Notes: generated by a model not told the origin, from the letters alone. A stretch of DNA of 64,000 bases from Savitreella phatthalungensis (GCA_051599415.1 AP039692.1:310001-374000), one strand, 5' to 3'; positions 30,218 to 41,797 are shown, counted from the first letter of the stretch. Numbers and translations are program-made.

Positions 30218-30608
30218 GGTCAAAGACCTGGCGTGTAGCGAAACCAGACACAAACGCTCTAGAGCCTCAGCGGACTGAGCAGCGTCAATGGAGACGCAAG
30301 TCGGAGCAGTGGTAAGATTATGTCGTACTCTACAGACACTTGAAAGCGTTCCCTTTTGACGCGCTTGCTCCCACTCCGGCTTCGAAGTTGAAATGGTTGT
30401 CACTGCTTGAGAGAAAGTGTCTCCTGGTGTGGATGCACAAAAACAATCCTCCTCCACAAAAAATGATCCTCAAAGCATGACAAATGATGATTGTATCACG
30501 CCAACAAGAGACAAGGTGTTACGCACGCGTCTTTCAGATTGGAGAAGAGTGGATGCGTTTATAATGATCTAGAATACATTTTCGTAAGCTGGTCGTCAGC
30601 TGGTCTGC

Positions 30609-32078
30609 CTATACTAAGGGCATGCCTCGAATGATCGTGTCCCGCACATCTCGAACCCATTTATCGCCACGATGCTTTGTGACAAAGACGAATGCGGTGC
30701 CACGCCTGCCTGCTCTGCCGGTCCGACCTAGTCTGTGAATAAAGTCGATTGTCGAATGCGGTACTTCGTAGAGGATGACGTTTTTGACACTGGTGGTGTC
30801 AATGCCACGAGAGGCAAGATCTGTGGTGACCATGACACGCATGCCTTCAGCATCGACATCGGTCTTTAGGAAGCGTTCAAGCACGTCCTTCCGAGCAGAA
30901 TCGTCACGGGAGAAGCTGAGGACTTGGAACTCCTTCTCCCTGAGAAAGTCAGCCACCTCCTCGATTCGTTCCCGCCGATTCACAAACACAATCACCTTTT
31001 TCTCACGTCCTGGCTCAGTCTGGTCGAGTGAGAGGTCTCTGAGGATCTGGTGAAGTGCAGTTTGCTTGTTGCCGTTGAATTCGCGGTCGACATCCACGAA
31101 ACGAGTGGCGATGCGTCTAGGAATCGTGTGAACCTTCGAGGTCACGAGTCGCTCGATGTCGGGCACATGCTGACGCAAATATGCATCCAGCGATCTCGGA
31201 ATTGTTGCAGAGCATAAGACCATTCGCTTGCTCGTGGCTGTCTGCTTGAGTAATGGAGCCATCAAATCCGTGAACGACTTGTCGAAGAGCGTGTCTGCCT
31301 CGTCCACAATCAACGTATCAAGATTGTCGAGCTTGACGGATCCATTATCACTCAGCACGGACAATTGATGTGGTGTGGCAACTAGGAGGTCGACAGGTTT
31401 ATCGAGGACAGCAGAACCAGCACGCTTCTGGGTGAATCGTGGATGCAGCACCACGGTCGATAGTTTCGCGTGATGCGCCATCGACTTGACTGTATGTCCG
31501 ACCTGAGTAACAAGCTCTGCGCTTGGCACGACGATGAGTGCTCTCGGCCGGCCAGGCAAGCGCACTGGTTGAGTTTCACCTTCTTCTGCTTGCTTGAGAC
31601 GGTGAATTGTTGGTGCGAGATAGGCAAGCGTTTTTCCGGAGCCCGTCTCAGCTGCTAAAAGGAAAGTCTTCCGTGAATCATCAGGACTTAGTAGTCGTGG
31701 AATTGCCAATGCCTGAATCGACGTAGGCTTGATGTAGCTGAGGTCTGATAGCACACCTTGACGAATGGCTGTGGAAACATCAGGTCTCAATTTCAGGTCA
31801 TCTATGGTCATATCCTGGCGCCGAGTACGATCTTGAAGCGGGATCGCCGTCAGTACAGATTTGCCAGTCCTCGAAAGTCTGCCTTGTGTTGGCTGGAGCA
31901 ATTGTTGAGTGCGCTTAGTGCCGTCACGAAGCATAGGCTTTCCAACATTCTTCGACAGTTGCTGGAAACTAGGTCTGCTGCGCTGTCCGCCAGAGGTGCT
32001 AGGTCGTGTGGTCAGAGTTCTCAACTGCTGCTTTCGCAGAGACAACCGGCAGACTTCGCACAGTCTTGTACGGAGCAT
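30609..32078 (-). CDS. MRH4: Mitochondrial DEAD-box RNA helicase Mrh4
   Basis: Presequence, AAETGSGKTLAY, DEADTLFD, CSATIP and HRLGRTGRAG. Confidence 0.88.
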   Translation of the reverse strand: MLRTRLCEVCRLSLRKQQLRTLTTRPSTSGGQRSRPSFQQLSKNVGKPMLRDGTKRTQQLLQPTQGRLSRTGKSVLTAIPLQDRTRRQDMTIDDLKLRPDVSTAIRQGVLSDLSYIKPTSIQALAIPRLLSPDDSRKTFLLAAETGSGKTLAYLAPTIHRLKQAEEGETQPVRLPGRPRALIVVPSAELVTQVGHTVKSMAHHAKLSTVVLHPRFTQKRAGSAVLDKPVDLLVATPHQLSVLSDNGSVKLDNLDTLIVDEADTLFDKSFTDLMAPLLKQTATSKRMVLCSATIPRSLDAYLRQHVPDIERLVTSKVHTIPRRIATRFVDVDREFNGNKQTALHQILRDLSLDQTEPGREKKVIVFVNRRERIEEVADFLREKEFQVLSFSRDDSARKDVLERFLKTDVDAEGMRVMVTTDLASRGIDTTSVKNVILYEVPHSTIDFIHRLGRTGRAGRRGTAFVFVTKHRGDKWVRDVRDTIIRGMPLV

Positions 32079-32439
32079 AATGCTGCAGCGTCACAGAGCA
32101 GCCTGACCACCAAGCAAGCCGCAATGCTGAAGTCTGTTTGCTTATGAAGAGAGTGACGTTGGCTGTGCCTGCGTGGTGTATTGTGGGATCAATGGGTTGT
32201 GTTGCAACTTTTGTGCATTTCGGTTACGGCTTCCCAATATGGAAATCCATCCACAATTCCATGCAGCGTCCATGAACGGATTGCGTAACCTGTCTCAAGA
32301 CATCCTCCTATTGCCACAAGACCTGCTTAGCACTCCTGGTGAGACTCTGGCAGCTCCCGAGGGAGTGTCGTCGGCCATATCAAACGATTGACTCGAGTTG
32401 AAAGCATCTGATACCTGCAAACGTATCACAGATTCAAGC

Positions 32440-32491
32440 TTCTAGAGCTTTCTCGAAGTTTCCACATCCCAGCTCAATAGAGCACTATAAG
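32440..32491 (+). promoter_or_regulatory. Heat-shock element (five nGAAn/nTTCn units) followed by a TATA-like box
   Basis: TTCtaGAGctTTCtcGAAgtTTC at 32440-32462 and TATAAG at 32486-32491, just upstream of the HSP78 ATG. Confidence 0.8.
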
Positions 32492-32533
32492 TGATTGGAC
32501 TTCTCACGCGGACGCACGGCCAAACACAGCAGT

Positions 32534-34939
32534 ATGCTTCGCGCTAGAAGTACTCTCACTGCTGCACGAACCTGTGCACGATTGCGTAGCCGGCCAATGG
32601 CGCTTACAGCACGGGCGCCCTCAAGAATACATAGCCTTGGGCCCGTGATTGCACAATGTCAAACACAACTGCTGCACGCTAGATCATATGCGTCTCAGCC
32701 GAGACCTCCAGGAGGTACGCATCGTATGAATATGGCGCCGGACCGCGAACCCGGCAGCGCCCTCAGAGAGTATGGTATTGACTTGACGGAGCGCGCAAAG
32801 CATGGCAAGCTCGACCCGGTGATCGGACGTGACGAAGAAATCCGCAGGACGATTCAGATCCTATCTCGTCGCACGAAGAACAATCCGGCATTGATCGGAT
32901 CTGCAGGCGTGGGCAAGACATCGATCATGGAAGGTCTTGCCCAGCGCATTGTCCACAACAACGATATCCCAGAGAGCTTGCAGGGCAAGCGTGTCATCTC
33001 GCTTGATCTTGGTCTACTCATGGCCGGTGCAAAGTATCGAGGTGACTTTGAGGAGCGACTCAAGTCTGTGCTCAAGGACGTCGAGGATGCCAAGGGCAGT
33101 GTCATTTTGTTCGTCGACGAGCTTCACATCCTGCTTGGCCTGGGTAAGGCTGAAGGGTCGATCGATGCGTCGAATCTGCTCAAGCCAGCACTTGCTCGTG
33201 GTGAGCTTCAGTTGGCTGGCGCAACCACGACCGAGGAGTATCGTAAGTACATCGAGAAGGACGCCGCTCTGTCACGTCGCTTCCAGGCGGTCCAAGTACC
33301 TGAGCCGAGCGTTGCGGACACGATCTCGATCTTGCGTGGTCTGAAGGAACGCTATGAAAATCACCACGGCGTGACGATTCACGACGCAGCGCTCGTGACA
33401 GCTGCTGTCTACTCAAATCGATATATCTCTGATCGCTTCTTGCCTGACAAGGCAATCGACCTGGTGGATGAGGCATGTTCAGCGCTTCGTCTGCAGCAGG
33501 AATCAAAGCCCGAGGTCATTCAGGACCTCGAGCGAAGTATTCTGACTATCCAAATCGAGCTCGGTAGCTTGAAGAAGGAGGAGGATCAGCTGTCTATCGA
33601 TCGTCGGACTCTGCTCGAAGAAAAGCTTGCGGCCAAGCAAGAGGAAGTGCAGCGCCTGAACCAAGAGTGGGAGGCTGAGCGCGATCGCCTGGCCGACAAG
33701 GCAAAGCTGAAGACTGAGCTCGAACAAGCCCGCCTCGAGCTCGAGCAGGCACAACTGTCTGGTGATTTCAGCAAAGCAGGAGAGTTGCAGTACAGTATCA
33801 TTCCGCGGATCGAGCAGAAGATCAAGGAGGACACTGCTGTGGGTTCCGACGGTCAAAACGTTCCACAGCTACTGAACGACAGTGTGGGCTCTGACGAGAT
33901 TGCTGCAGTCGTTTCAAAGACCACAGGAATTCCAGTCACGTCCTTGATGAAGGGCGAGAAGGAGAAGCTGCTGCATATGGAGGAACGTCTCCGAGAGAAA
34001 GTGGTCGGCCAGGATGAAGCTGTGCAAAGCATCTGTGACGCTGTAAGGCTATCACGTGCTGGCCTGCAGGACGAGAATCGACCCCTTGCATCGTTCCTGT
34101 TCTCTGGTGGAACGGGCACAGGTAAGACCCTGCTTTGCAAGACGGTGGCTGAGCTCCTGTTTGACAGTGAGCGGGCTCTTGTCAAGTTCGACATGTCCGA
34201 GTTCCAGGAGAAGCACACAATCTCGCGTCTCGTTGGCGCACCACCTGGCTACGTGGGCTTCGACACTGCGGGCGGCGGTGGCGAGCTCACAGAGGCCGTC
34301 CGACGCCGACCTTACGCGGTCGTCCTCTTTGACGAGCTCGAGAAGGCTCACCCGGACGTCGCACTCCTCCTCCTCCAGATCCTGGACGAAGGTCACCTCA
34401 CAGACTCCCAGGGACGCCGTGTCGATTTCAGAAACACCCTCATCGTCGCCACAACCAACCTTGGCAGCGACGCCATTATCGCCAACGCCACAAACCTCAC
34501 CGACAAACACTCTAACATCGACTCGAAAACCAGAGACCTCGTCCTCACTGCCATCCGACGACACTTCAAGCCAGAGCTCCTCAACCGGCTCTCGGAGATT
34601 GTCGTGTTCAATCCGATCGCGCGCGAAGCGATGTCTGAGGTGGTGTCACTTCGATTGTCTGAGTTGGAGGCTCGTGTGAGGGAACGTCGTATTCGGATTG
34701 ATGTGAGCGAGAGTGCTCGGGAGTGGCTTTGCGAGGAAGGTTACTCTGTTGAGTATGGTCTGAGACCGCTCAACAGGCTGATCGAGCGATCGATTCTGAT
34801 CCCGATCTCGCAACTACTCATCAAGGGACAACTCGCCGACGGCAATACCGTCAAAGTCGATCGCCACCACGACGGATCTGGACTCATAGTCACCAACGCT
34901 GACGCACCAGATACTACAACCACCGCCACCACCACATGA
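32534..34939 (+). CDS. HSP78: Mitochondrial ClpB-family disaggregase Hsp78
   Basis: Presequence and no N-domain. NBD1 GSAGVGKT, M-domain coiled coil, NBD2 [19 protein letters not shown] at 32534. Confidence 0.95.
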   Translation: MLRARSTLTAARTCARLRSRPMALTARAPSRIHSLGPVIAQCQTQLLHARSYASQPRPPGGTHRMNMAPDREPGSALREYGIDLTERAKHGKLDPVIGRDEEIRRTIQILSRRTKNNPALIGSAGVGKTSIMEGLAQRIVHNNDIPESLQGKRVISLDLGLLMAGAKYRGDFEERLKSVLKDVEDAKGSVILFVDELHILLGLGKAEGSIDASNLLKPALARGELQLAGATTTEEYRKYIEKDAALSRRFQAVQVPEPSVADTISILRGLKERYENHHGVTIHDAALVTAAVYSNRYISDRFLPDKAIDLVDEACSALRLQQESKPEVIQDLERSILTIQIELGSLKKEEDQLSIDRRTLLEEKLAAKQEEVQRLNQEWEAERDRLADKAKLKTELEQARLELEQAQLSGDFSKAGELQYSIIPRIEQKIKEDTAVGSDGQNVPQLLNDSVGSDEIAAVVSKTTGIPVTSLMKGEKEKLLHMEERLREKVVGQDEAVQSICDAVRLSRAGLQDENRPLASFLFSGGTGTGKTLLCKTVAELLFDSERALVKFDMSEFQEKHTISRLVGAPPGYVGFDTAGGGGELTEAVRRRPYAVVLFDELEKAHPDVALLLLQILDEGHLTDSQGRRVDFRNTLIVATTNLGSDAIIANATNLTDKHSNIDSKTRDLVLTAIRRHFKPELLNRLSEIVVFNPIAREAMSEVVSLRLSELEARVRERRIRIDVSESAREWLCEEGYSVEYGLRPLNRLIERSILIPISQLLIKGQLADGNTVKVDRHHDGSGLIVTNADAPDTTTTATTT

Positions 34940-35075
34940 CCACGCAATTGTCAAATATAGCTTAAGCTGCGATAATCATTCTTTTTGTATAAATACACAT
35001 TCACCACCTCTTCTCCCTAAGCTGACCACGATTGATCTAGCCACCGATGACTTGGACCCTGGAGAAAGATTTCCC

Positions 35076-36467
35076 CTATTTGTCGCTCATTTTGGCGTCG
35101 GATGAGGATGCCTTTTCATCCTGATCGATGTCTGCGTCGTCGTCGTCATCTTCGTCTTCTTCTTCATCATCATCATCGTCATCTAGGTCGTCGTGACCGG
35201 TGAGATTGGATGCTGGTTGCCAGACTTGGACGATGTTATCTTGTGCTGCGGAGACGAGTGTCCATGGACGGTTGGGGTTCCAGTCGAGGTCGTGGACGAG
35301 GTCTGTATGTCCTGCGTGAAGGAAGAAGAGCTCAGGTGGACCGTCTGCGAGGTCCTCGTCTGACTGCTCCTCGCCGATCCGGGAGAGGTCCCAGAGGATT
35401 ACCTTGCGGTCTGTGGCGGCGGAGGCGAAGATGGCAGCCTCGGAAGGGTGCCAGCGGATACTCTGCACATCGCCCTCGTGACCCTCGAGCGTGTGAAGGC
35501 ACTTCTTGGTCATCCGGAGATCCCAGAGGGAAAGTGTGTGGTCGCTGGAGCCGACGACGACGATCGTGTCGTTGTGCGGCGAGAAGCAGAGGGAGTTGAT
35601 GGGTTCCTGGTGAGCGTGGATGGCGTGCTGGGGCTTGTCGCGTGAGTCGGAACGGATGTCGTGCACGTTCAGGTGGCAATCGTCGGAAACGCTACCGAAC
35701 CAGTTCTCCTGGGTAGGATGCCATGCCACGTCGTTCACAGTCGACTTGTGTGACCGGAAGATCGCCTCACACTCCTCCACCACCACCGTCGATCCATCGT
35801 TCTTGAGTGGTCCGGCCTTCTCCACATCCCAAAGCCGCACATCATCAGCCGCAGTCAGCAACAGACCGTCCCGCTTTCCAGGATGCCATGACAGTCCCCA
35901 GCCCTCGTTCTTGTGACCCTTAAGACGCAGCTGAGGCTTGCAGATACCCGTGGGCGTGAGTGAGTGCATTGTCCGGTCAAAGACGAGGACATCGCCTGAG
36001 GGTGCGAGAGTGGCAATGACATTTGGGTTCTGTGGGCGGTAACGCGCCTTGTTGACCTCACCTTCATGGTCAATCTTCTGAACTACCTGGAACTTTGCAC
36101 CTTGACCAGCACCGTATCCACCAGCTTCACCACGCTCTTCGTCGTACTTGCCCTTGTTAGTGTCTGTGTTGGAAGGTGAGGCGCGTTGGAGTTTTGGGAT
36201 CTGCACGTGCGCGACCTGAAGGTAATTTTGGTCTGCATCGGAGGTGTGTGTGCCCAGGAGGAGTCTGTGTGTCTCGTAGTCCTTTGCAGGGTCACTTTCT
36301 ACATCTGGGAACCACTGACAGGTGAGTGTTGGCCAGTCGAGAGCATGAGCAATAACTGTATCGTAAAGGTATGCTGCATTCTTCTTCCACAGCTTGTACT
36401 CTTCGTTGATGCGTTGCTGCTCCTGGATCCGTTCTTGTTCATCCTCTGCAATACCGTCGACCGACAT
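35076..36467 (-). CDS. RBBP4/7-family histone-binding WD40 protein (Hat2/Mis16/Prw1-like)
   Basis: INEEYKLWKKNAAYLYD..HALDWPTLTCQW, LLLGTHTS, HEGEVNKARY and DGPPELFFLHAGHT. The paralog cannot be resolved by eye. Confidence 0.92.
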   Translation of the reverse strand: MSVDGIAEDEQERIQEQQRINEEYKLWKKNAAYLYDTVIAHALDWPTLTCQWFPDVESDPAKDYETHRLLLGTHTSDADQNYLQVAHVQIPKLQRASPSNTDTNKGKYDEERGEAGGYGAGQGAKFQVVQKIDHEGEVNKARYRPQNPNVIATLAPSGDVLVFDRTMHSLTPTGICKPQLRLKGHKNEGWGLSWHPGKRDGLLLTAADDVRLWDVEKAGPLKNDGSTVVVEECEAIFRSHKSTVNDVAWHPTQENWFGSVSDDCHLNVHDIRSDSRDKPQHAIHAHQEPINSLCFSPHNDTIVVVGSSDHTLSLWDLRMTKKCLHTLEGHEGDVQSIRWHPSEAAIFASAATDRKVILWDLSRIGEEQSDEDLADGPPELFFLHAGHTDLVHDLDWNPNRPWTLVSAAQDNIVQVWQPASNLTGHDDLDDDDDDEEEDEDDDDDADIDQDEKASSSDAKMSDK

Positions 36468-37639
36468 GGTGGTTTGAGATCAGGAGGGTAAAGACCTTCT
36501 AGAGACTTTCGTCAGAGTGAATCAGTGTATGAACAGGTTTGTGAGTATGACTAGCGAGTATAGGTCTAAGTTAGGGTAAGGGTTAATGGCAAGGGTATTC
36601 AGGATAGAATGGACTACAGATACGCTTGTCTGTGTGTGCGTGTGTGAGAGTGAAGGGTAACGTGTGTGTGTGTGCATGGAAAGTGTGCGAGTACTGTACT
36701 GTCATGCACTGCAACGTGATTCAGTCTGTGTATCCTCTGCTGAGTCTGTTGGCTGAATGCACAAAGGTAAAGTATCACTATATACTGTATAGTAGATCGA
36801 TCGAGTGCATGATAAATTCATCCCATACCGCGCTCGGATCCTGATTAAAGACGCGACTCACTCGAAATCTCTCACAATTAAGACAGATATTCTAATGATT
36901 CGCGTCAATTGATATGCACCTTTTATTTGACAAATTCAATTCTATACAATCAATCTTCGCGTTTTTATCACCTATATCTTATATAAAATTTAGGTCCTTG
37001 AAAGAGTGAGGATAGCATATATGCTCTCATTCTATCATCAATTGCATTTCAATTTCAATTTCGAATTTGGATGCAGGAAATAGGTGACTTTCGTTATAGT
37101 CACGTGCTGACCATCGATTCTTTCCACTTGATCGATCAAGTTGCATCTGGATGCACAAATTATCAGGTGTGTATGTATATCGACTCGCACACACGTACTC
37201 CAACGGTAAACTAACTGTACGTACACTCAATATACACTCTCTAGTCTCTCACTCAACAGTACCCTGAGAGTCAGTCCGCAAGAGCAGCCAGAATCTCAGA
37301 ACATCAGATTACCTGCGCACACGCACTCACTCGTTCGCCGTCAGACCCTGCTTCAGCTTGTGCCATTGTCTACAGCACACGCTTATCGTCCTCCTCAGAC
37401 AGCCGCGCCAATTCGTGCACGTCAATCTGAAGACCTGCCGACCTAGACAGCTATCTCGTGTACGAAAGCACACGCAAGTCAGTCAGTCAGTCAGTCAGTC
37501 AGCTAGAGAGCTAACATTTGTGCTTCTTCCCGCTAGAACTTCTCCCTCACAGAGAAACTCTACTAAGTGTCTTGTCAATCTCACCCATCCGCTTCTCCTA
37601 CAACCAACACTCTAGCATATCCACATTCACACCTCAATC

Positions 37640-40600
37640 ATGGGTATTCCAAAGTTCTTTCGGTGGATGTCAGAGCGCTATCCGCTCTGCTCTCAGCTCA
37701 TTGAGAAGAACAACATCCCAGAGTTCGACAACCTCTATCTCGACATGAACGGTATCATCCACAATAGCACCCACAAGAATGACCACGGACTGAGCGGGTC
37801 TCTCTCGGAAGAGAAGATGTATATGGCAATCTTCAACTACATTGAACATCTCTTCGGCACAATCAAGCCCAAAAAGGTCTTTTTCATGGCCATCGACGGC
37901 TGTGCTCCAAGAGCCAAGATGAATCAACAGCGTTCCCGTCGATTCCGCACGGCCAAGGACGCACATGATGCACGTCAGGCAGCCATCAAGCGGGGAGAGG
38001 AACTGCCGAAGGAAGACCCCTTTGATAGCAACTGCATCACTCCCGGCACAGTCTTCATGGCCAGATTGTCACGGCAGCTGCAGTACTTTGTCAATAAAAA
38101 GGTCAGCGAGGATGCAGACTGGCGCGGCGTCAAGATCATCCTCTCGGGACACGATGTACCCGGTGAAGGTGAGCATAAGATCATGGAGTATATCCGGTCA
38201 GCCAAGACTCTGCCAGACTATGACCCGAACGTGCGAGAGTGCTTGTACGGCCTGGACGCCGACCTCATCATGCTTGGACTCTTGAGTCACGAGCCACACT
38301 TCTGTCTCCTGCGCGAGGAGGTCACATTCGGTCCACCGAACTCCTCAAAAACCAAGGAACTTGACCAGCAAAACTTCTACCTCATGCATCTCTCCCTCTT
38401 GCGGGAATACCTCGAGCTCGAATTCAAGGACATGCGCGAGACTCTGCCCTTCGACTATGACCTCGAGCGTATCATTGACGACTTCATTCTTATGGCTTTC
38501 TTTGTTGGAAATGACTTCTTGCCACATCTTCCTAATCTACATATCAACGAGGGCGCCCTCGCGCTCATGTACAAAGTTTACCGCAAGGTGCTGCCTCTTG
38601 CAGGCGGCTACATCAACGACAACGGTGTAATTAACAAGGACCGTCTCAAGTTGCTCCTGCACGAGCTCGAGCAATTCGAGAAGGAGTACTTTGAAGCAGA
38701 GTCCCACGACGCCAATGCATTCAAATCTCAGGCTGGTCATCTCGAAAACATGGCTCAGGCAAAGGCACGTAATCGCCTGATTCTGACTGAAGCACAGCGT
38801 CAAATCGTAAATCAAATCAAGGAGCTCGTGAGAGCCGATGGCGAGACAGACAGCCAAGAAGCTGTCCTTGCGTCTGTCAACGACGAAGAAAATAAGGCCT
38901 TTGTCGATTTGCTCGCCAACGACCTGTCGCTGAAGCGGCAAAAGGTCAGACAGGAGGTTGATGGAGTCCTGGTCGACTTTGTCATGCTCTCTGTCAACGA
39001 CGGCCCTTCGGCCAAGGCGCCAGTAGACATCAAGCGTGAGCTTGCGCGCTACGCCAAGGCGCCGGTTGTCAAAACAACGCTCGCCGACGCTGAAGCAGAA
39101 ATGCAAGCAAAGTACGATGCGAAGTTTGACGAATGGAAGTCCCACTACTACCAGGAGAAGCTTGGCTTCAAGCTATCTGACGAGGACAAGCTTCGAGCTA
39201 TGGCCGAGAACTACTGTGAAGGGCTGCAGTGGGTTCTTTTCTACTATTACCGCGGGGTTGCTTCCTGGGGCTGGTTCTACGCCTACCACTACTCGCCCAA
39301 GATCTCCGATGTCAAGCGAGGTCTCGAGAAAGACCTGACCAAGTTCGACTACGGCAAACCATTCCATCCATTCGAGCAGCTCATGGGTGTCCTGCCCGAG
39401 CGCAGCAAGAAGCTCGTGCCAGAACCTTTCCAGGAGCTGATGACTGAGGATGTGTCTCCCATCAAAGACTTCTACCCGAACGATTTCCCTCTCGACATGA
39501 ACGGCAAGAAGGCCGACTGGGAAGCCGTCGTCAAGATTCCCTTCATCGACGAATCTCGACTCCTGTCCGCCATGCGAACAAAAGAGGCACGTTTGACAGC
39601 TGAAGAGCGGTCGCGCAATGTCTTTGGCGATCCGATCGAATTTGTCTACGACGGGAACTTCGACAATATCTATCCGTCTTCCTTGCCGGGATTCTTTCCA
39701 GATCTGCGGTCGCACTGTCGTATGTCAGCTTTTGAACTCCCCTCGATCGAGGGAGTTACGCTGCGCCGTGGTCTGACTGCCGGTGTGTCTCTCGGTGTCG
39801 ACTCACTCGCCGGATTTCCGACCCTCTACACGCTCGAATTCTCTAGCTCGCTCGACATGCATGGCATCAATGTCTTCCAGCGCGACAGTAAGAACGAGAC
39901 GGTCGTCTTGCGCCTATCCGGCATACCCGATGTTCGAACTGAAGACATCGCCAAAGCCCGTATCGGCAAACGCGTCTTCATCAATTGGCCATATCTTCTC
40001 GAGGCAGAGGTCAAGGCCGTCTCAGACTCGTACTTCCGCTACGAGCTTGCCGACGGCAACGGTCAGTCTGGTCAGGTCATCCCCTTGCAGCACCGCGGAG
40101 GCCCTGACGCATGGCTCAATAAAGGCCGTCGCACGGCAGAGCATTTGAGCAAGCGCTACGGCATTGTCACCGGCGAGCCGTCCATCGTCCTGCACTGTGC
40201 ACCTCTTCGTGGTCTGCGCAGAACCGATGACGGTGCCATGCTGAAGGACTTCACTTTGGAGGGCAATGAGCCTGAACTCGATGTTCTCCTTCAGACAGTG
40301 GTGGACGAAGTCGTCCAGGAAGATGCTCGGTACCAGGAACGTGAGGCGCTTGACATTACAATCGACTTCCCAGTCGGTCAAAAGACGTTCTTCCTGGGCG
40401 AATACAACTACGGCCGGCCTGCTCGTGTCACTGGTCACACTGATGGCAAAGTCGACGTGGTCATCTCTGCATTGAAAGCGCGAAGCGAGCCTGCATTCGG
40501 CAAACAGCTCGCCTCGGGTGCGCGTGGTGCATCACGATTCTACCCTGCTCCCGTCGTCTCTCGCCAAGTGGGTATGTCCTCCCTCGTACTCAGCAAGCTT

Positions 40601-41797
40601 ACTTCGAGTTTCCAGGTCACGAGCGATACTGAAAGAGCAAACCTCGGTCTGAACCTCAAATTCGAGGGAAAGAAGCTCAAGGTCCTCGGCTACACGCAGC
40701 GTACTGACCACGGCTGGGAGTACAGCGAGCGTGCGATCGCGCTTATCCAGGACTACAAGCGTCAGTTCCCGCAATTCATTGCGGCGCTCGAGCGGACGGC
40801 GCGCAAGGCCAACCACGCTGCATCAGACCTGTTTGCGCCGCAGGAAGCGTCGATGCGCATGAAGGAAATCAAGCAATGGCTTAAGCAGAACGAGGTCAAG
40901 AACTTCGACAAGGTTCCACTCGAGGCTCAAGAGCTTGACCGTGAGGTCATCCATCTGATCGAGACCGAGGCCAACAAGTACAATGCTGTCGCTAACGAGG
41001 TCGAGGCAAAGAAAGTCCGCGGAGCCCCGCGATCTGCGTTGCTGAAGCCCGAGGACGCTGCAAACCGCTTAGGATCCCAGTCGTTCGCACTCGGTGACAG
41101 AGTCATCTATGTGGCCGATTCTGGAAAGGTGCCGATCGCCACTCGCGGCACCACTGTCGGCGTACACAAGGATACACTGGACATCGTGTTTGACTCGGCG
41201 TTCATGTCCGGCACGATGCTTGGCGGCCGATGCTCAGAGTACCGTGGCATGACCGTGCCGTACTGGTCGGTCCTGAACCTGACCGCACCCTGCGTGCTCG
41301 CAGCATCCAAGGCCGGCGTTCGTAAGGCTGCGCCAGCTGCCTCGATGTCTCAAGACCGTTCTCGACCAGGCCACCACACAGGCAGCAATGGTCACACCCA
41401 GGTCGGTCGCGCAGCAGCGCCATCTCTGCAGAATGGTCTCACCACCCAGCGTCTCATGGCTAGAAAATCACAAAACCAACAATCAGACCCGCACGCTCAA
41501 TATCACAACGGCAGCGATCGTCAAGCCAACGCTCGCAACTTCGCACCTCGCGACGCAAATGCCTGGCAGAAGCGACAAAACAACCAGTTCCTCCAATCCA
41601 TGATGCAGCAGGGCCAGCAACAGCAACAGCAGCAGCAAGTCGTCATGAACAACGGCATGCCAACGATCGTTCAAGCTCCTGCTGTTCCGTCTGCCACACA
41701 CCAGCACTCACAAAATGGCCCTCGTGGCCGTGGACATGGACGTGGACGGGGTCGAGGCCGCGGACGCGGTGGTGCCACGACATCAGCCGAGGCATGA
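37640..41797 (+). CDS. XRN1: 5'-3' exoribonuclease 1 (Xrn1/Exo2)
   Basis: MGIPKFFRWMSERYP, DNLYLDMNGIIH, KMNQQRSRRF, GEGEHKIM, YGLDADLIMLGL and the Xrn1-specific C-terminal domains. Confidence 0.97.
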   Translation: MGIPKFFRWMSERYPLCSQLIEKNNIPEFDNLYLDMNGIIHNSTHKNDHGLSGSLSEEKMYMAIFNYIEHLFGTIKPKKVFFMAIDGCAPRAKMNQQRSRRFRTAKDAHDARQAAIKRGEELPKEDPFDSNCITPGTVFMARLSRQLQYFVNKKVSEDADWRGVKIILSGHDVPGEGEHKIMEYIRSAKTLPDYDPNVRECLYGLDADLIMLGLLSHEPHFCLLREEVTFGPPNSSKTKELDQQNFYLMHLSLLREYLELEFKDMRETLPFDYDLERIIDDFILMAFFVGNDFLPHLPNLHINEGALALMYKVYRKVLPLAGGYINDNGVINKDRLKLLLHELEQFEKEYFEAESHDANAFKSQAGHLENMAQAKARNRLILTEAQRQIVNQIKELVRADGETDSQEAVLASVNDEENKAFVDLLANDLSLKRQKVRQEVDGVLVDFVMLSVNDGPSAKAPVDIKRELARYAKAPVVKTTLADAEAEMQAKYDAKFDEWKSHYYQEKLGFKLSDEDKLRAMAENYCEGLQWVLFYYYRGVASWGWFYAYHYSPKISDVKRGLEKDLTKFDYGKPFHPFEQLMGVLPERSKKLVPEPFQELMTEDVSPIKDFYPNDFPLDMNGKKADWEAVVKIPFIDESRLLSAMRTKEARLTAEERSRNVFGDPIEFVYDGNFDNIYPSSLPGFFPDLRSHCRMSAFELPSIEGVTLRRGLTAGVSLGVDSLAGFPTLYTLEFSSSLDMHGINVFQRDSKNETVVLRLSGIPDVRTEDIAKARIGKRVFINWPYLLEAEVKAVSDSYFRYELADGNGQSGQVIPLQHRGGPDAWLNKGRRTAEHLSKRYGIVTGEPSIVLHCAPLRGLRRTDDGAMLKDFTLEGNEPELDVLLQTVVDEVVQEDARYQEREALDITIDFPVGQKTFFLGEYNYGRPARVTGHTDGKVDVVISALKARSEPAFGKQLASGARGASRFYPAPVVSRQVGMSSLVLSKLTSSFQVTSDTERANLGLNLKFEGKKLKVLGYTQRTDHGWEYSERAIALIQDYKRQFPQFIAALERTARKANHAASDLFAPQEASMRMKEIKQWLKQNEVKNFDKVPLEAQELDREVIHLIETEANKYNAVANEVEAKKVRGAPRSALLKPEDAANRLGSQSFALGDRVIYVADSGKVPIATRGTTVGVHKDTLDIVFDSAFMSGTMLGGRCSEYRGMTVPYWSVLNLTAPCVLAASKAGVRKAAPAASMSQDRSRPGHHTGSNGHTQVGRAAAPSLQNGLTTQRLMARKSQNQQSDPHAQYHNGSDRQANARNFAPRDANAWQKRQNNQFLQSMMQQGQQQQQQQQVVMNNGMPTIVQAPAVPSATHQHSQNGPRGRGHGRGRGRGRGRGGATTSAEA

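Noticed and set aside
30218..30457. 80-aa N-terminal extension of Taf6
   Set aside because: It depends on a GTG start. The conserved Taf6 N-terminus begins at ATG 30217.
30484..30600. ATGATGA as box C of a C/D snoRNA
   Set aside because: No CTGA box D or terminal stem at a suitable distance.
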